Shown: one piece after another, positions 1 through 7,956 of the stretch
How positions within the stretch are numbered: position 1 is the first letter of the stretch
Layout: every line of letters starts with the position of its first letter
Origin: a virus
Virus record (IMG/VR): IMGVR_UViG_3300023218_000158
Direction: 5' to 3' (one strand)
DNA: 44,610 nt
Program-made: the position numbers and the translations under genes
The notes under the pieces: model-generated
Database searches by the model: none
The model's input: only the letters and a program-made list of their open reading frames with translations
Told to the model about the DNA's origin: nothing

Positions 1-77
1 TCATAATCCCTCCTACTGGGTTAATGCTATTTTGTTTTTTATGCAAAATGAGCGTTTATAAAAAAATTATTGTCCTA
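1..77. repeat. Contig-end direct repeat, copy 1 (identical to 44534..44610); indicates circular closure
   Basis: Bases 1-77 (tcataatccctcctactggg...aaaaaattattgtccta) recur exactly as the last 77 bases of the window. Confidence 0.95.
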
Positions 78-249
78 AAGGAAGCGCTGCCAAGAAAAAA
101 CCCATGACATTAGCTCCGATTAAAAAACCTATAACGAAATAAAAAATAAAGCTTAAAGCCTTTTCGACTGTGCGCTTTTGTTTTTCTAAAGATACTTTTT
201 TAGTTCTAGGTCTGTAATTTTCTGGCAGATAGTTTTCTTTGGTTTTCAT
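67..249 (-). CDS. Small membrane protein (60 aa), function unknown
   Basis: ORF with a C-terminal hydrophobic helix (FIFYFVIGFLIGANVMGFFLAAL). Strong SD AAGGAGGGGA lies directly upstream of the ATG. Confidence 0.5.
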   Translation of the reverse strand: MKTKENYLPENYRPRTKKVSLEKQKRTVEKALSFIFYFVIGFLIGANVMGFFLAALPLGQ

Positions 250-260
250 TTCCCCTCCTT

Positions 261-284
261 AAAAAGTGGCCCGTAACGTGGGCC
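261..284 (-). terminator. Weak hairpin plus U-run between the nuclease gene and the 60-aa ORF (possible attenuator)
   Basis: Minus sense: GGCCC-acgttac-GGGCC followed by ACTTTTT. The stem is only 5 bp. Confidence 0.25.
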
Positions 285-359
285 AAGCGTCGAGCTTGAG
301 GCGTTGGTAATTTCCTGTTGCTCAAATCTTTTTTGCCTTCAAAAATCTCGATAACAATT

Positions 360-1172
360 TTAGTCTCCTACTATTGGCTCAAAATCGTCCTTTGGGTCAG
401 ATTTATAAACCGGAGTGAATCTGTTTTTTGCTTTGGCCTCCAATGCCTTTTCTTTAATAGGACAAATATTAATACCGGGGCAAAAAATACAGTGCGCCCC
501 TTCTTTGAATGCTGGCCTGTGTCTGTCAGTAAGACTGGCCTTTTCAACTAAAAACTCTTCAAAATCAATGAAATGAGTTATTGGAACTTCCCAGTGCCTT
601 ATAGGGCCTTTGGGGTGAAAACATCGAGGTTGGACGATAGTCATTTGCACAACCTTGCAAGGCAGTTTAAGTGTTTCTAGCGCGCCGAGCGCATAATATT
701 GAAGCTGTAAATTGTCTTTAGCTTCAACTAAAATGCCAGCCCCGTGTTTGTAATCTATAACATGGACTTTTTCCGCTTCTGGCTCGTAAATAACTCCGTC
801 TGCCGTACCAAAAGCCCCCGGATAAACTTGAGCCATATCAAAAGAATGCTCAACCCAACATTTATTTTTAGGACTCGACTCGTAAATCTTATTAAAATAA
901 TCAACGTATTGACTGACTGCTTTTAAAATCTCTTGGGCTTTTTTATTGTCAATTTTAAAAGCCCTAGCAACTTCGTCCGGGGCAGACTCTATCTGTTCTT
1001 CTAATATAAAAGAAGCAACCTCGTGGGCCAACGTGCCAAGAATTGCGTGTTCATTTTCTGGAGGGAGGGGAGCAATTTCAGATAGCTGCACAGAGCCAGG
1101 GCAATTAGACCAACGGGCCATTGAGCTAGCTCCTATTTTAGAATGTTTTGTGCCGTCACTAGATGTGAACAT
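360..1172 (-). CDS. PD-(D/E)XK nuclease, Cas4/RecB-like (DUF2800-type phage exonuclease)
   Basis: 270 aa. Motifs: GTADGVIY...VIDYKHG (D...DxK), QLQYYALG (QxxxY), an N-terminal Cys (SNCPGS) and a C-terminal CIFCPGINIC cluster typical of a Cas4-like 4Fe-4S module. It sits in a PolA/SSB/primase replication cluster. Confidence 0.8.
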   Translation of the reverse strand: MFTSSDGTKHSKIGASSMARWSNCPGSVQLSEIAPLPPENEHAILGTLAHEVASFILEEQIESAPDEVARAFKIDNKKAQEILKAVSQYVDYFNKIYESSPKNKCWVEHSFDMAQVYPGAFGTADGVIYEPEAEKVHVIDYKHGAGILVEAKDNLQLQYYALGALETLKLPCKVVQMTIVQPRCFHPKGPIRHWEVPITHFIDFEEFLVEKASLTDRHRPAFKEGAHCIFCPGINICPIKEKALEAKAKNRFTPVYKSDPKDDFEPIVGD

Positions 1173-1220
1173 TTTTTATCTCCCCGCCCTCTTTTGTTTT
1201 TTTTAAAAAAATACTGATTT

Positions 1221-1802
1221 TTAACTTAAAAAATCAGGCACTTGTGGGGAGGCGCTGTTTTTAGGGCTACTTTCAGTCTGGACATGGCACTCTTTTATAA
1301 AAGCGGCATAGTCACTTTGTTTAATTTCAGAAACACGACTTGCACCGAACTGTTCAAGCAAAGACTTTACTTCTGGCAAGCCTTTTTTTGCTCCGACTTC
1401 TTGTAAAGCGTTTGTTAATTCGTCTAAAGTCACTTCCGCTTGCCCATTAGTTTCTGAAGCTTTAAAAGTTTTTTCCATTTCAGAATTAGAAATAAAATCA
1501 ACATTGTTACCAGTTGGCACAACTGTTTGCGTGCCGGGCTTTATTTCTTCAGCGGAGCTAACAGTTTTTGGCTTTTCAACTAAAACCAAAAGCTTTTCGA
1601 CTTTTGTGTTTAACTGATTAAGCGCTCCTAGGATATCACTCATAGAAGTTTTGGGGGTCTTTGGTTTCCTTGTGGTTTTTTTCTTTTTTGCTGCAGTCTT
1701 TTTTGGTGATTTTTTCTTCGCAGTTTTTTTAATGTTCTTTTTAACTGCTTTTTTCTTGGAAACTTTTTTGCGTGCGGTTTTTTTCTTAGCTTTTTTTGCC
1801 AT
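1221..1802 (-). CDS. Lys-rich (histone H1-like tail) putative DNA-binding replication-associated protein
   Basis: 193 aa. The first ~50 aa are almost entirely K/A/T/P (MAKKAKKKTARKKVSKKKAVKK...). The C-terminal half is helical and globular. It ends in ...VPDFLS, resembling the C-termini of the SSB and the primase-helicase. Confidence 0.6.
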   Translation of the reverse strand: MAKKAKKKTARKKVSKKKAVKKNIKKTAKKKSPKKTAAKKKKTTRKPKTPKTSMSDILGALNQLNTKVEKLLVLVEKPKTVSSAEEIKPGTQTVVPTGNNVDFISNSEMEKTFKASETNGQAEVTLDELTNALQEVGAKKGLPEVKSLLEQFGASRVSEIKQSDYAAFIKECHVQTESSPKNSASPQVPDFLS

Positions 1803-1867
1803 GATTTACCAACCTTTCTTTTTATGGTTCATTCCATTGAAGACAAGGTTAACCAAAAAATTTTCAG

Positions 1868-3187
1868 CTAGTCAATAAAAGTTGCAAGTTCTTTTGTTTT
1901 TCGCATAAGCGTTGCGGTGATTTTCTGGTCAAAACTGCCACTTAACGTGGCGTATCTAACATTTACGCTATTGGTCTGGCCATATCTATGGCACCGCTTG
2001 GCAGCTTGTGCGTTATCGCCTGGCGTCCATTCAAGCTCTGTAAATAGGACTTGATTACTTGCGGTCATTGTAAGAGCCACGCCGCAGGCTTTGATATTAC
2101 CAATGAAAACTTTTTTCGTTTTGTCGTTTTGGAATTTTGGAATAGCTTCTTTTTTATCACTTGAGCTTGTTTCGCTATTATAAACAATGACTCCGTGCGG
2201 TTCTAAATGATCACTTATGACTTTAATCACGTCCTTATGGATTGCAAAAATCACTATTTTATCATAAAGACCCGCTCTTAGTTCAAAATCAACAAGCTCT
2301 GCAACTCCTAAAGCTTTTTTCAATCCGTGATACCTTCTTAGAGACGGCGTACTTTGAGACAAAAAACTAAGCGCGCCTAAAATTTTATCTTGTGTGGGCT
2401 CATAAATGCCAAAGTCGAGCTTTTCTTTTAAAAGTAAGAACTCTTCACTTATTTTTTGTTTCATAGCTTTTGAAAACCCATGCATAGGGTCTTTTTTAGG
2501 TTCTAAATAAACATGATTGTGGCGTATAGGCGGCAGGTCTAATAAGTCAGCTTTTCTTCTTATGGCGAATTTTTTTAAAGATTCTTTTAATTCTGGAGTG
2601 TGCTCAGTGTTTGAACCTGTTATTTGCACTCGCCCATAGCGGCTGAGCTTATAAGACTCACAATACCTTGCGACAAAGCCGTCGTAAGAAAGTCTTGTCA
2701 CGCCAACAGTATAAAGCATTGTCCAAAGCTCGCCTGCATGATTGGGCGCAGGAGTGCCACTTAAAAACCACATTTTTTGAGTATTATGGACAATTCCGTT
2801 TTTTCCCAAAACGATTTTTGTTCTTTTAGAAGTGGGCTCTTTTATAAAATGCGACTCGTCAACTATTACAAGCTGCCACTTTCTTCGCAAGAATTTTTCT
2901 GAATTCTCATTAAGATAGGAAAAAGAAGTTATAAGGATTTTACTTTTAAAATTGGCCTTTGGCCCGGCGATTTCAGATTTCCTACCTGCAAACTTTATAA
3001 ACTCTTTTTGCCAGTTATAGGTTGCACAGGCCGGGCAAATCACAAGAACATATTTTAAATTAATAGAAGCGACAATTGCTTGAGGGGTTTTACCTAGACC
3101 CATTTCATCAAAAAGACCTGCAAAATTTCTTTGAGCCAAAAACTCCGCGCCCTCTTTTTGAAAGTCTAAAAGCTTAATCTTTTCCAT
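1868..3187 (-). CDS. SNF2-family (SF2) DNA helicase/translocase
   Basis: 439 aa. Motif I DEMGLGKT, motif II VIVDESH, motif III LSGTP, motif VI QAAKRCHRYGQ. Confidence 0.9.
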   Translation of the reverse strand: MEKIKLLDFQKEGAEFLAQRNFAGLFDEMGLGKTPQAIVASINLKYVLVICPACATYNWQKEFIKFAGRKSEIAGPKANFKSKILITSFSYLNENSEKFLRRKWQLVIVDESHFIKEPTSKRTKIVLGKNGIVHNTQKMWFLSGTPAPNHAGELWTMLYTVGVTRLSYDGFVARYCESYKLSRYGRVQITGSNTEHTPELKESLKKFAIRRKADLLDLPPIRHNHVYLEPKKDPMHGFSKAMKQKISEEFLLLKEKLDFGIYEPTQDKILGALSFLSQSTPSLRRYHGLKKALGVAELVDFELRAGLYDKIVIFAIHKDVIKVISDHLEPHGVIVYNSETSSSDKKEAIPKFQNDKTKKVFIGNIKACGVALTMTASNQVLFTELEWTPGDNAQAAKRCHRYGQTNSVNVRYATLSGSFDQKITATLMRKTKELATFID

Positions 3188-3205
3188 TAAAATCCTTTTT
3201 CAGAT

Positions 3206-3997
3206 TTATTTACTGAGCCGCCACTTTTCTTTTAGTCTTCGTAATTTCCCTAATTGAAGAGAGGCCATGCCTCCATTGTTGCGCCAACCGCCCCAGTAGT
3301 TTTTTAATTCATTCTCAATTTCTTTATTGTCGGTGATAAATAAAGCCAAAATACTTAGGGGAGTGGGCGCAAATTCCGTGGCAATTCCGAGCTTTGCTAA
3401 AAACGAAATAACTTCTGAGTCTTTTTTATTTTTTCTCACAATGGCGTTGATTAAAAGAGGTAAGTCTAGAATAACAAAAACAGGCAAATTCCATAAAAAA
3501 GGCATAGGAAAATAAATAATAAGCCAAGATAAAAGGCCAAAACCTCTTAGATAAACAGCCCAGACTGTAATGCTTGCCGGGTCTGGCCACTTCCACTTTG
3601 CTGTTTTTGGGTCTTTACCGTTATCAATTGTGTTATAGGAAAAAAGAAACAACCAACAAGCATGGTGCAAAATCATTTCTAAAAGAGTTTTTATGTCTTT
3701 AAATTTAATTACTGCCGCTAAAATCCCAAAGAGTTGGTCTCTTGAGATAACTCCGTTCCACGGGTTTTTATAGTGTGTCCCGAAGCCGTTGTCAGTCATT
3801 TTAGGGTCAAAGTGACGGACCCACGCTCCGGAACCTATTTTAAAGTGGTCTCTGTAAGTTTTATAATGAGCGGTTTTTGCATTTTTAAAAGTATATAAAT
3901 AATGCCCATGCCAATTAACAGCGTCGCCACTTTCCATTGACCCGTCACTTCTTAAATGAGTAATGAATCCTTTATCATCGGTATGGATTACTTGCAA
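3206..3997 (-). CDS. Integral membrane protein, unknown function
   Basis: 263 aa. A soluble N-terminal ~100 aa is followed by several hydrophobic segments (WLFLFSY, LLSWLIIYFPMPFLWNLPVFVILDLPLLI, PLSILALFI). No recognisable catalytic motif. Confidence 0.55.
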   Translation of the reverse strand: MQVIHTDDKGFITHLRSDGSMESGDAVNWHGHYLYTFKNAKTAHYKTYRDHFKIGSGAWVRHFDPKMTDNGFGTHYKNPWNGVISRDQLFGILAAVIKFKDIKTLLEMILHHACWLFLFSYNTIDNGKDPKTAKWKWPDPASITVWAVYLRGFGLLSWLIIYFPMPFLWNLPVFVILDLPLLINAIVRKNKKDSEVISFLAKLGIATEFAPTPLSILALFITDNKEIENELKNYWGGWRNNGGMASLQLGKLRRLKEKWRLSK

Positions 3998-4320
3998 GTT
4001 TGCCTCCAGTGTTTTTGATTTTGGCTTGCCGTCACTCGCTCTAAATTGTCAACATGATTATTACTGCTGTCGCGGTCTTTATGGTTTATTTGATAACCTT
4101 CGATTGGACCTAAGAAACAAGAGGCGACAAGTCTTTGAAGAGTCCACTGTTTGCGCTTACCATTATAAAAAAGCTCAACTCTATAATCAAAACTTCCGCC
4201 CCGCCGGATTCTTTTATTTAACTTAAGCGGCTTTTTTGTCTTCTTACTCAAAACTGTCCCGTCCCTATAAACTTCATATCCGTGAAATCTGACAAAATCT
4301 CTATTGCAAGGAATCTCCAC
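3988..4320 (-). CDS. Free-standing HNH (HNH_3-type) homing endonuclease
   Basis: 110 aa with a GTG start. FHGYEVYRDGTV N-terminal module and C-terminal INHKDRDSSNNHVDNLERVTASQNQKH (H-N-N-H core). Confidence 0.8.
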   Translation of the reverse strand: MEIPCNRDFVRFHGYEVYRDGTVLSKKTKKPLKLNKRIRRGGSFDYRVELFYNGKRKQWTLQRLVASCFLGPIEGYQINHKDRDSSNNHVDNLERVTASQNQKHWRQTCK

Positions 4321-4338
4321 CGCTGTGCCCCCCTAAGA

Positions 4339-4372
4339 TGTTTACAATTCAAATCAAATATTGTTTACAATT
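4339..4372. repeat. Two 11-bp direct repeats (TGTTTACAATT) 23 bp apart, upstream of the HNH ORF
   Basis: Identical 11-mers at 4339-4349 and 4362-4372. Confidence 0.8.
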
Positions 4373-4373
4373 T

Positions 4374-4508
4374 CTAATGCGCCAGCCCCGGCAAAAACTC
4401 GGCAAAAACCCAGTAAATAACTCCAGCTCCAATAAGTAAACAAACCATTAATGCGATTGAAATAAAAGCTATTTTTTCAGATGTGGTCAGTGGTCTTTGT
4501 TTTTTCAT
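4374..4508 (-). CDS. Small single-pass membrane peptide (44 aa)
   Basis: Hand-translated as MKKQRPLTTSEKIAFISIALMVCLLIGAGVIYWVFAEFLPGLAH. Its ATG overlaps the stop of the upstream ORF (ATGA). It is below the 60-aa cutoff of the ORF track. Confidence 0.4.
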   Translation of the reverse strand: MKKQRPLTTSEKIAFISIALMVCLLIGAGVIYWVFAEFLPGLAH

Positions 4509-4702
4509 TTGTCTTGCTCCTCATTAAAGGCTTCATAATATTTTTTAAGAAATGTTTCGTCCGGTTCACCCCATATAAAAATCCAGCCGAAAAAGGTTAC
4601 TAATATCTTCTTAGTAACCCCAAAGTTTTTATTTTTCTCATTTATCCAGATTTCCCAAAGAAAATATTTCAGGCGCATGTAAGTGCTAGATTTTGTTTTC
4701 AT
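4505..4702 (-). CDS. Hypothetical protein (65 aa)
   Basis: ORF preceded by the conserved AAGGAGCAAGGGGA-ATG cassette. Trp/Phe-rich. Confidence 0.5.
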   Translation of the reverse strand: MKTKSSTYMRLKYFLWEIWINEKNKNFGVTKKILVTFFGWIFIWGEPDETFLKKYYEAFNEEQDK

Positions 4703-4714
4703 TCCCCTTGCTCC

Positions 4715-4924
4715 TTAAATTTCACCTATGTAGATAAGTTTATAGCGATTGGCTAAACCTAATCCACAAAGTTTTATTATTTCTTCTGGATAGTTTAAAA
4801 TCATCTTCGCGCCATCCTCCCGCTCAAGGCATGGAAGCTGTAAAAACGTAGCTCTTTTAAAAATAAAAAGCCTATCAGCATTAGGGCTATAATAAATAGA
4901 TTCGTCTGGTCCGTCGAATATCAT
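4715..4924 (-). CDS. Hypothetical protein (69 aa)
   Basis: ORF with the SD-like AAGGAGAAAGAGG upstream, tightly packed in the operon. Confidence 0.5.
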   Translation of the reverse strand: MIFDGPDESIYYSPNADRLFIFKRATFLQLPCLEREDGAKMILNYPEEIIKLCGLGLANRYKLIYIGEI

Positions 4925-4945
4925 ACCTCTTTCTCCTTAATTAAT

Positions 4946-6172
4946 CTATCCATTCTCGATAAAAGCACTAAACACATCGTTCCCATAATAGCCTTTGGTT
5001 AATTTTATAACTTCATTAGGTGTTAATTTCTCAGGCACATTTATTCTACTAACAAAGTCTTTCACTCCCATCTCACAAGCACCAGTAATTACCCGATACG
5101 CTTGAATCGCATCATCTAGCTTGATCTCTTTGTCTGGATTATTTTTCCATGACTCAAAATCACTTAAATCTCTATCAGAAATTTTATAGCGCAAATCTTC
5201 TATTGCTTGTTTTAAGGTCTCGCCGTGAGAAAAGCTTTCACCTTTCTTGGCCACAAAACTATTATTTTCACACTCAAAAACTTCTATTTCACCTTGTTTT
5301 CGCTTCTTTTTTATTTTCTTTAAAATACCATCCGCATAAATAAATCCACGCTTTAACCACTCCTCATAGCTAATATGATTTACGTGTGTGTCTGGAATTT
5401 CTCTTGCAAGTGCTGTGTCTGATTTTTCCTCAATGTTTTCTCTGCAGCCTTTAAAGACAGCCGTTGAGTAATCAAGTAGTTTTTCGACTGTCACAAGGGA
5501 AGAAAATACAACTACATGAGACGATATATACAATGAAACCCTGGCGTTGTCACAAGCCCTAACCGTGGCGTTGTCACAAGCCGTAACCCTGGCGTTGTCA
5601 CAAGCCCTAACCCTGGCGTTGGCATAAGCCTCAACCGTGGCGTTGTTATAAGCCGTAACCCTGGCGTTGTCACAAGCCGTAACCGCGGAGCTGTTATAAG
5701 CCGCAACCCTGGCGTTGTTATAAGCCGTAACCCTGGCGTTGTCACAAGCCGTAACCCTGGCGTTGTCACAAGCCCTAACCCTGGCGTTGTCACAAGCCGT
5801 AACCCTGGCGTTGTCCCAAGCCTCAACCGTGGCGTTGTCACAAGCCCTAACCCTGGCGTTGTCCCAAGCCTCAACCGTGGCGTTGTCACAAGCCCTAACC
5901 CTGGCGTTGGCATGAGCCCTAACCCTGGCGTTGTCCCAAGCCTCAACCGTGGCGTTGTCACAAGCCCTAACCCTGGCGTTGGCATAAGCCTCAACCGTGG
6001 CGTTGTCACAAGCCCTAACCCTGGCGTTGGCATAAGCCTCAACCGTGGCGTTGTTATAAGCCCTTCTAACCGCGATCATTTCTTTACTTTTTATTTTAAT
6101 TACTGTGGCTTCACCAAAGCTGCTTGGCAATTCGTCCATTTCTTTTTGTGATTTAATTTCTATTTCTTTCAT
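4946..6172 (-). CDS. Tandem-repeat protein: 22 x 8-aa [D/A/N]-N-A-[R/T]-V-[R/E/T]-A-[C/Y/W] units plus a unique ~190-aa C-terminal domain
   Basis: 408 aa. Residues 40-215 are perfect-register octapeptide repeats. The flanking N- and C-terminal parts are non-repetitive. The conserved SD cassette precedes the ATG. Confidence 0.75.
   Translation of the reverse strand: MKEIEIKSQKEMDELPSSFGEATVIKIKSKEMIAVRRAYNNATVEAYANARVRACDNATVEAYANARVRACDNATVEAWDNARVRAHANARVRACDNATVEAWDNARVRACDNATVEAWDNARVTACDNARVRACDNARVTACDNARVTAYNNARVAAYNSSAVTACDNARVTAYNNATVEAYANARVRACDNARVTACDNATVRACDNARVSLYISSHVVVFSSLVTVEKLLDYSTAVFKGCRENIEEKSDTALAREIPDTHVNHISYEEWLKRGFIYADGILKKIKKKRKQGEIEVFECENNSFVAKKGESFSHGETLKQAIEDLRYKISDRDLSDFESWKNNPDKEIKLDDAIQAYRVITGACEMGVKDFVSRINVPEKLTPNEVIKLTKGYYGNDVFSAFIENG
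5528..6055 (-). repeat. In-frame 24-nt tandem repeat array (22 units, often in a 48-nt super-period)
   Basis: Units such as GACAACGCCAGGGTTAGGGCTTGT and GACAACGCCACGGTTGAGGCTTGG (coding sense) repeat head-to-tail with few substitutions. Several reading frames stay open on both strands across the array. Confidence 0.9.
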
Positions 6173-6324
6173 TCCCCTTGCTCCTTTATTATTTTCTGCA
6201 CTATAAGCTTTGCTTGCTTTCTACTGTAGTAAGCTTCACACAAATGCAAAGCGGATTTTGTAAGAGCATAAATAGTTATGACATAAAAAATCCAATTAGG
6301 AATTACTAAATTAATCTCACTCAT
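6169..6324 (-). CDS. Small membrane protein (51 aa)
   Basis: Hand-translated as MSEINLVIPNWIFYVITIYALTKSALHLCEAYYSRKQAKLIVQKIIKEQGE. It is preceded by the conserved cassette, and its stop overlaps the ATG of the repeat protein (ATGA). Confidence 0.45.
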   Translation of the reverse strand: MSEINLVIPNWIFYVITIYALTKSALHLCEAYYSRKQAKLIVQKIIKEQGE

Positions 6325-6458
6325 TCCCCTTGCTCCTTAAATCTCTTGCCGCAAACAGCACAAAACCCCGGGTTTCTACCGCTTGGGTCTTCAATATGTC
6401 CTTTTTTAAATAAAGTAAAAACATGCACTAAAATCGACATGATGTATATAAGTCCCAT
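6321..6458 (-). CDS. Small protein (45 aa) with an N-terminal hydrophobic segment
   Basis: Hand-translated as MGLIYIMSILVHVFTLFKKGHIEDPSGRNPGFCAVCGKRFKEQGE. SD AAGAAGGGG upstream. It ends in KEQGE-stop inside the conserved cassette, with an ATGA overlap. Confidence 0.4.
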   Translation of the reverse strand: MGLIYIMSILVHVFTLFKKGHIEDPSGRNPGFCAVCGKRFKEQGE

Positions 6459-6483
6459 TACTACCCCTTCTTAATTATTTGTC

Positions 6484-6717
6484 TTAGTCCTTTTTGCATT
6501 TAACACAGACATAGTTGTACTTTTCAGCTCTTTTCTTAAGCTTTTTTTTAATTTTTTCTCTTATTTCGTTTTCTGATTTATTTTTGTTAAATGGGTTTAA
6601 TGTGTACCAATCTTTAAACTCTTTAGTCCTATACCGCTTCTTACACTCAACACAATAAACTTTTTGTTGGTGCCAAACGTAATGCCTCTGATGTGTTGTC
6701 GTAGTGTGAATAAACAC
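6484..6717 (-). CDS. Zinc-ribbon protein (77 aa)
   Basis: Two CxxC pairs (CVECKK ... CVKCKK). GTG start with the AAGAGG SD 4 nt upstream. Confidence 0.55.
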   Translation of the reverse strand: MFIHTTTTHQRHYVWHQQKVYCVECKKRYRTKEFKDWYTLNPFNKNKSENEIREKIKKKLKKRAEKYNYVCVKCKKD

Positions 6718-6846
6718 TTTACCTCTTTTATTCGTCTATAAAAATTATCTTAAAAAAAGACCGAAGCCCAGTTTATAAATTCTATTAGTGAATAAATTAA
6801 AAGTAAAAGCGCTATTGAAATAGAAGCCCATTTTGGATAATACATT

Positions 6847-7035
6847 TTAATTAAACCTCCTTAGACCTTGGCGGCCTTTAATTTTCAATTTTCTATAAAC
6901 CTTCCACAAATGAAAGCTGACGCATTTATCTGTGATATTGAGCGAGTCTCCTATTTGCTTATTAGACATGCCGCTTTTTGCCATGCGAGCAATCTTTGCT
7001 CTTTGGATAGTGAGCTTTTTATCAAGCGTTTTCAT
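6847..7035 (-). CDS. LuxR/GerE-type helix-turn-helix protein (HTH-only, 62 aa)
   Basis: LTIQRAKIARMAKSGMSNKQIGDSLNITDKCVSFHLWKVYRKLKI matches the GerE/LuxR C-terminal effector-domain pattern (LT..E..I......G.SNK.I...L.I....V..H....Y.KL). There is no receiver or ligand domain. Confidence 0.7.
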   Translation of the reverse strand: MKTLDKKLTIQRAKIARMAKSGMSNKQIGDSLNITDKCVSFHLWKVYRKLKIKGRQGLRRFN

Positions 7036-7762
7036 TTTCTTTACTCCTAAATTTAATGTACGTCCCTCCCCTTTTTAAAATTATAACTCTCACGCCAGAA
7101 TGAACCTCGTCGTAAACTCCTGGCGGGTGCACATGGGCTCCTACAAAAACAGTGCCTTTTCCGAAAGCTAAACTTACAATTCTATCGATATATTCTTTAT
7201 TAATTGACGAAAAACGGGTCCATTTTCTTAACTTATCAAAAGCTTTTAGGGCAAATGAAAATTTCCACCAAGGTCTGCCGTGTTTTTTAGCTCGCATTTC
7301 TAAGTGTTTCTCATAGCCATATTTTTCACGGTCCGAGTGGGCGAATAAAACGTCTTTTAATTTAAGGACTTGCTCCTCGTCTTTTTGCGACTCGTGGTTT
7401 CCCGTTTTAAAATAGATCTTTTTCTTGCTGCGTATAGCTCGGTCTCTAAGCATTTCTAGTGCGAATGTTACTTTAGACACGTCTTTTTTATCGCAACTGT
7501 TTAGATCAAAAATGTCGCCTATTAAAATAACAGTTTGGCCCATTTCAAGAGCAGCTTCAATGGTGTCAAAAAGCGCTTGGATTTGCTCTCTAACAGGAAT
7601 GTCGCCAAAAGAACAAATCACGCTGCCAACATGTAAGTCGGCTAAAATAAGAGCATCTAGGTCTAACTCTTTTGTCTTAACAATTCCTAAAAATGTGGCC
7701 GGAAGTGGTTTAGCCGCCATGATAAGTCTCGATTTCCATTGCGGTCCGTAAGTTATCAACAT
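7022..7762 (-). CDS. Calcineurin-like metallophosphoesterase (LpxH/YfcE-like motif set)
   Basis: LILADLHVGS (DxH), VILIGDIFDL (GDxxD), KTGNHES (GNHE), VGAHVHPPG (H.H). The start is uncertain (ATG at 7762 or 7720). It overlaps both neighbours. Confidence 0.8.
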   Translation of the reverse strand: MLITYGPQWKSRLIMAAKPLPATFLGIVKTKELDLDALILADLHVGSVICSFGDIPVREQIQALFDTIEAALEMGQTVILIGDIFDLNSCDKKDVSKVTFALEMLRDRAIRSKKKIYFKTGNHESQKDEEQVLKLKDVLFAHSDREKYGYEKHLEMRAKKHGRPWWKFSFALKAFDKLRKWTRFSSINKEYIDRIVSLAFGKGTVFVGAHVHPPGVYDEVHSGVRVIILKRGGTYIKFRSKENENA

Positions 7763-7952
7763 AGTCGCTAAAAATATCTAGCGCCTGTTCGTTTTTACTT
7801 AGAAGAACGGCTAAAACTCTATAGGCTTCTTTAAGTTGTGCGATGTCCATTTCTTTTTTACCGCCTTCTAGCTCAGAGCAAATTTTTACAAGCTCATTCA
7901 TATTTTTAACATGACGGTTTTCTAGGCTTTGGAGTGATTTAAAACTATGCAT
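7710..7952 (-). CDS. Hypothetical helical protein (80 aa)
   Basis: ORF with the SD AGGAAGGTGA upstream. No recognisable motif. Confidence 0.5.
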   Translation of the reverse strand: MHSFKSLQSLENRHVKNMNELVKICSELEGGKKEMDIAQLKEAYRVLAVLLSKNEQALDIFSDYVDNLRTAMEIETYHGG

Positions 7953-7956
7953 TTTT

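Noticed and set aside
5512-6151. Alternative-frame ORFs across the repeat array (5512..6042 minus, 176 aa; 5912..6151 plus, 79 aa), and the CRISPR-like look of regularly spaced 24-nt repeats
   Set aside because: These ORFs are open only because the 24-nt unit lacks stops in several frames. Their products are pure low-complexity (TPGLGLVTTPRLRL...). The repeats are contiguous with no spacers, and they are in register with a long ORF that has proper non-repetitive N- and C-terminal domains and an SD. This is therefore neither a CRISPR array nor a set of overlapping genes.
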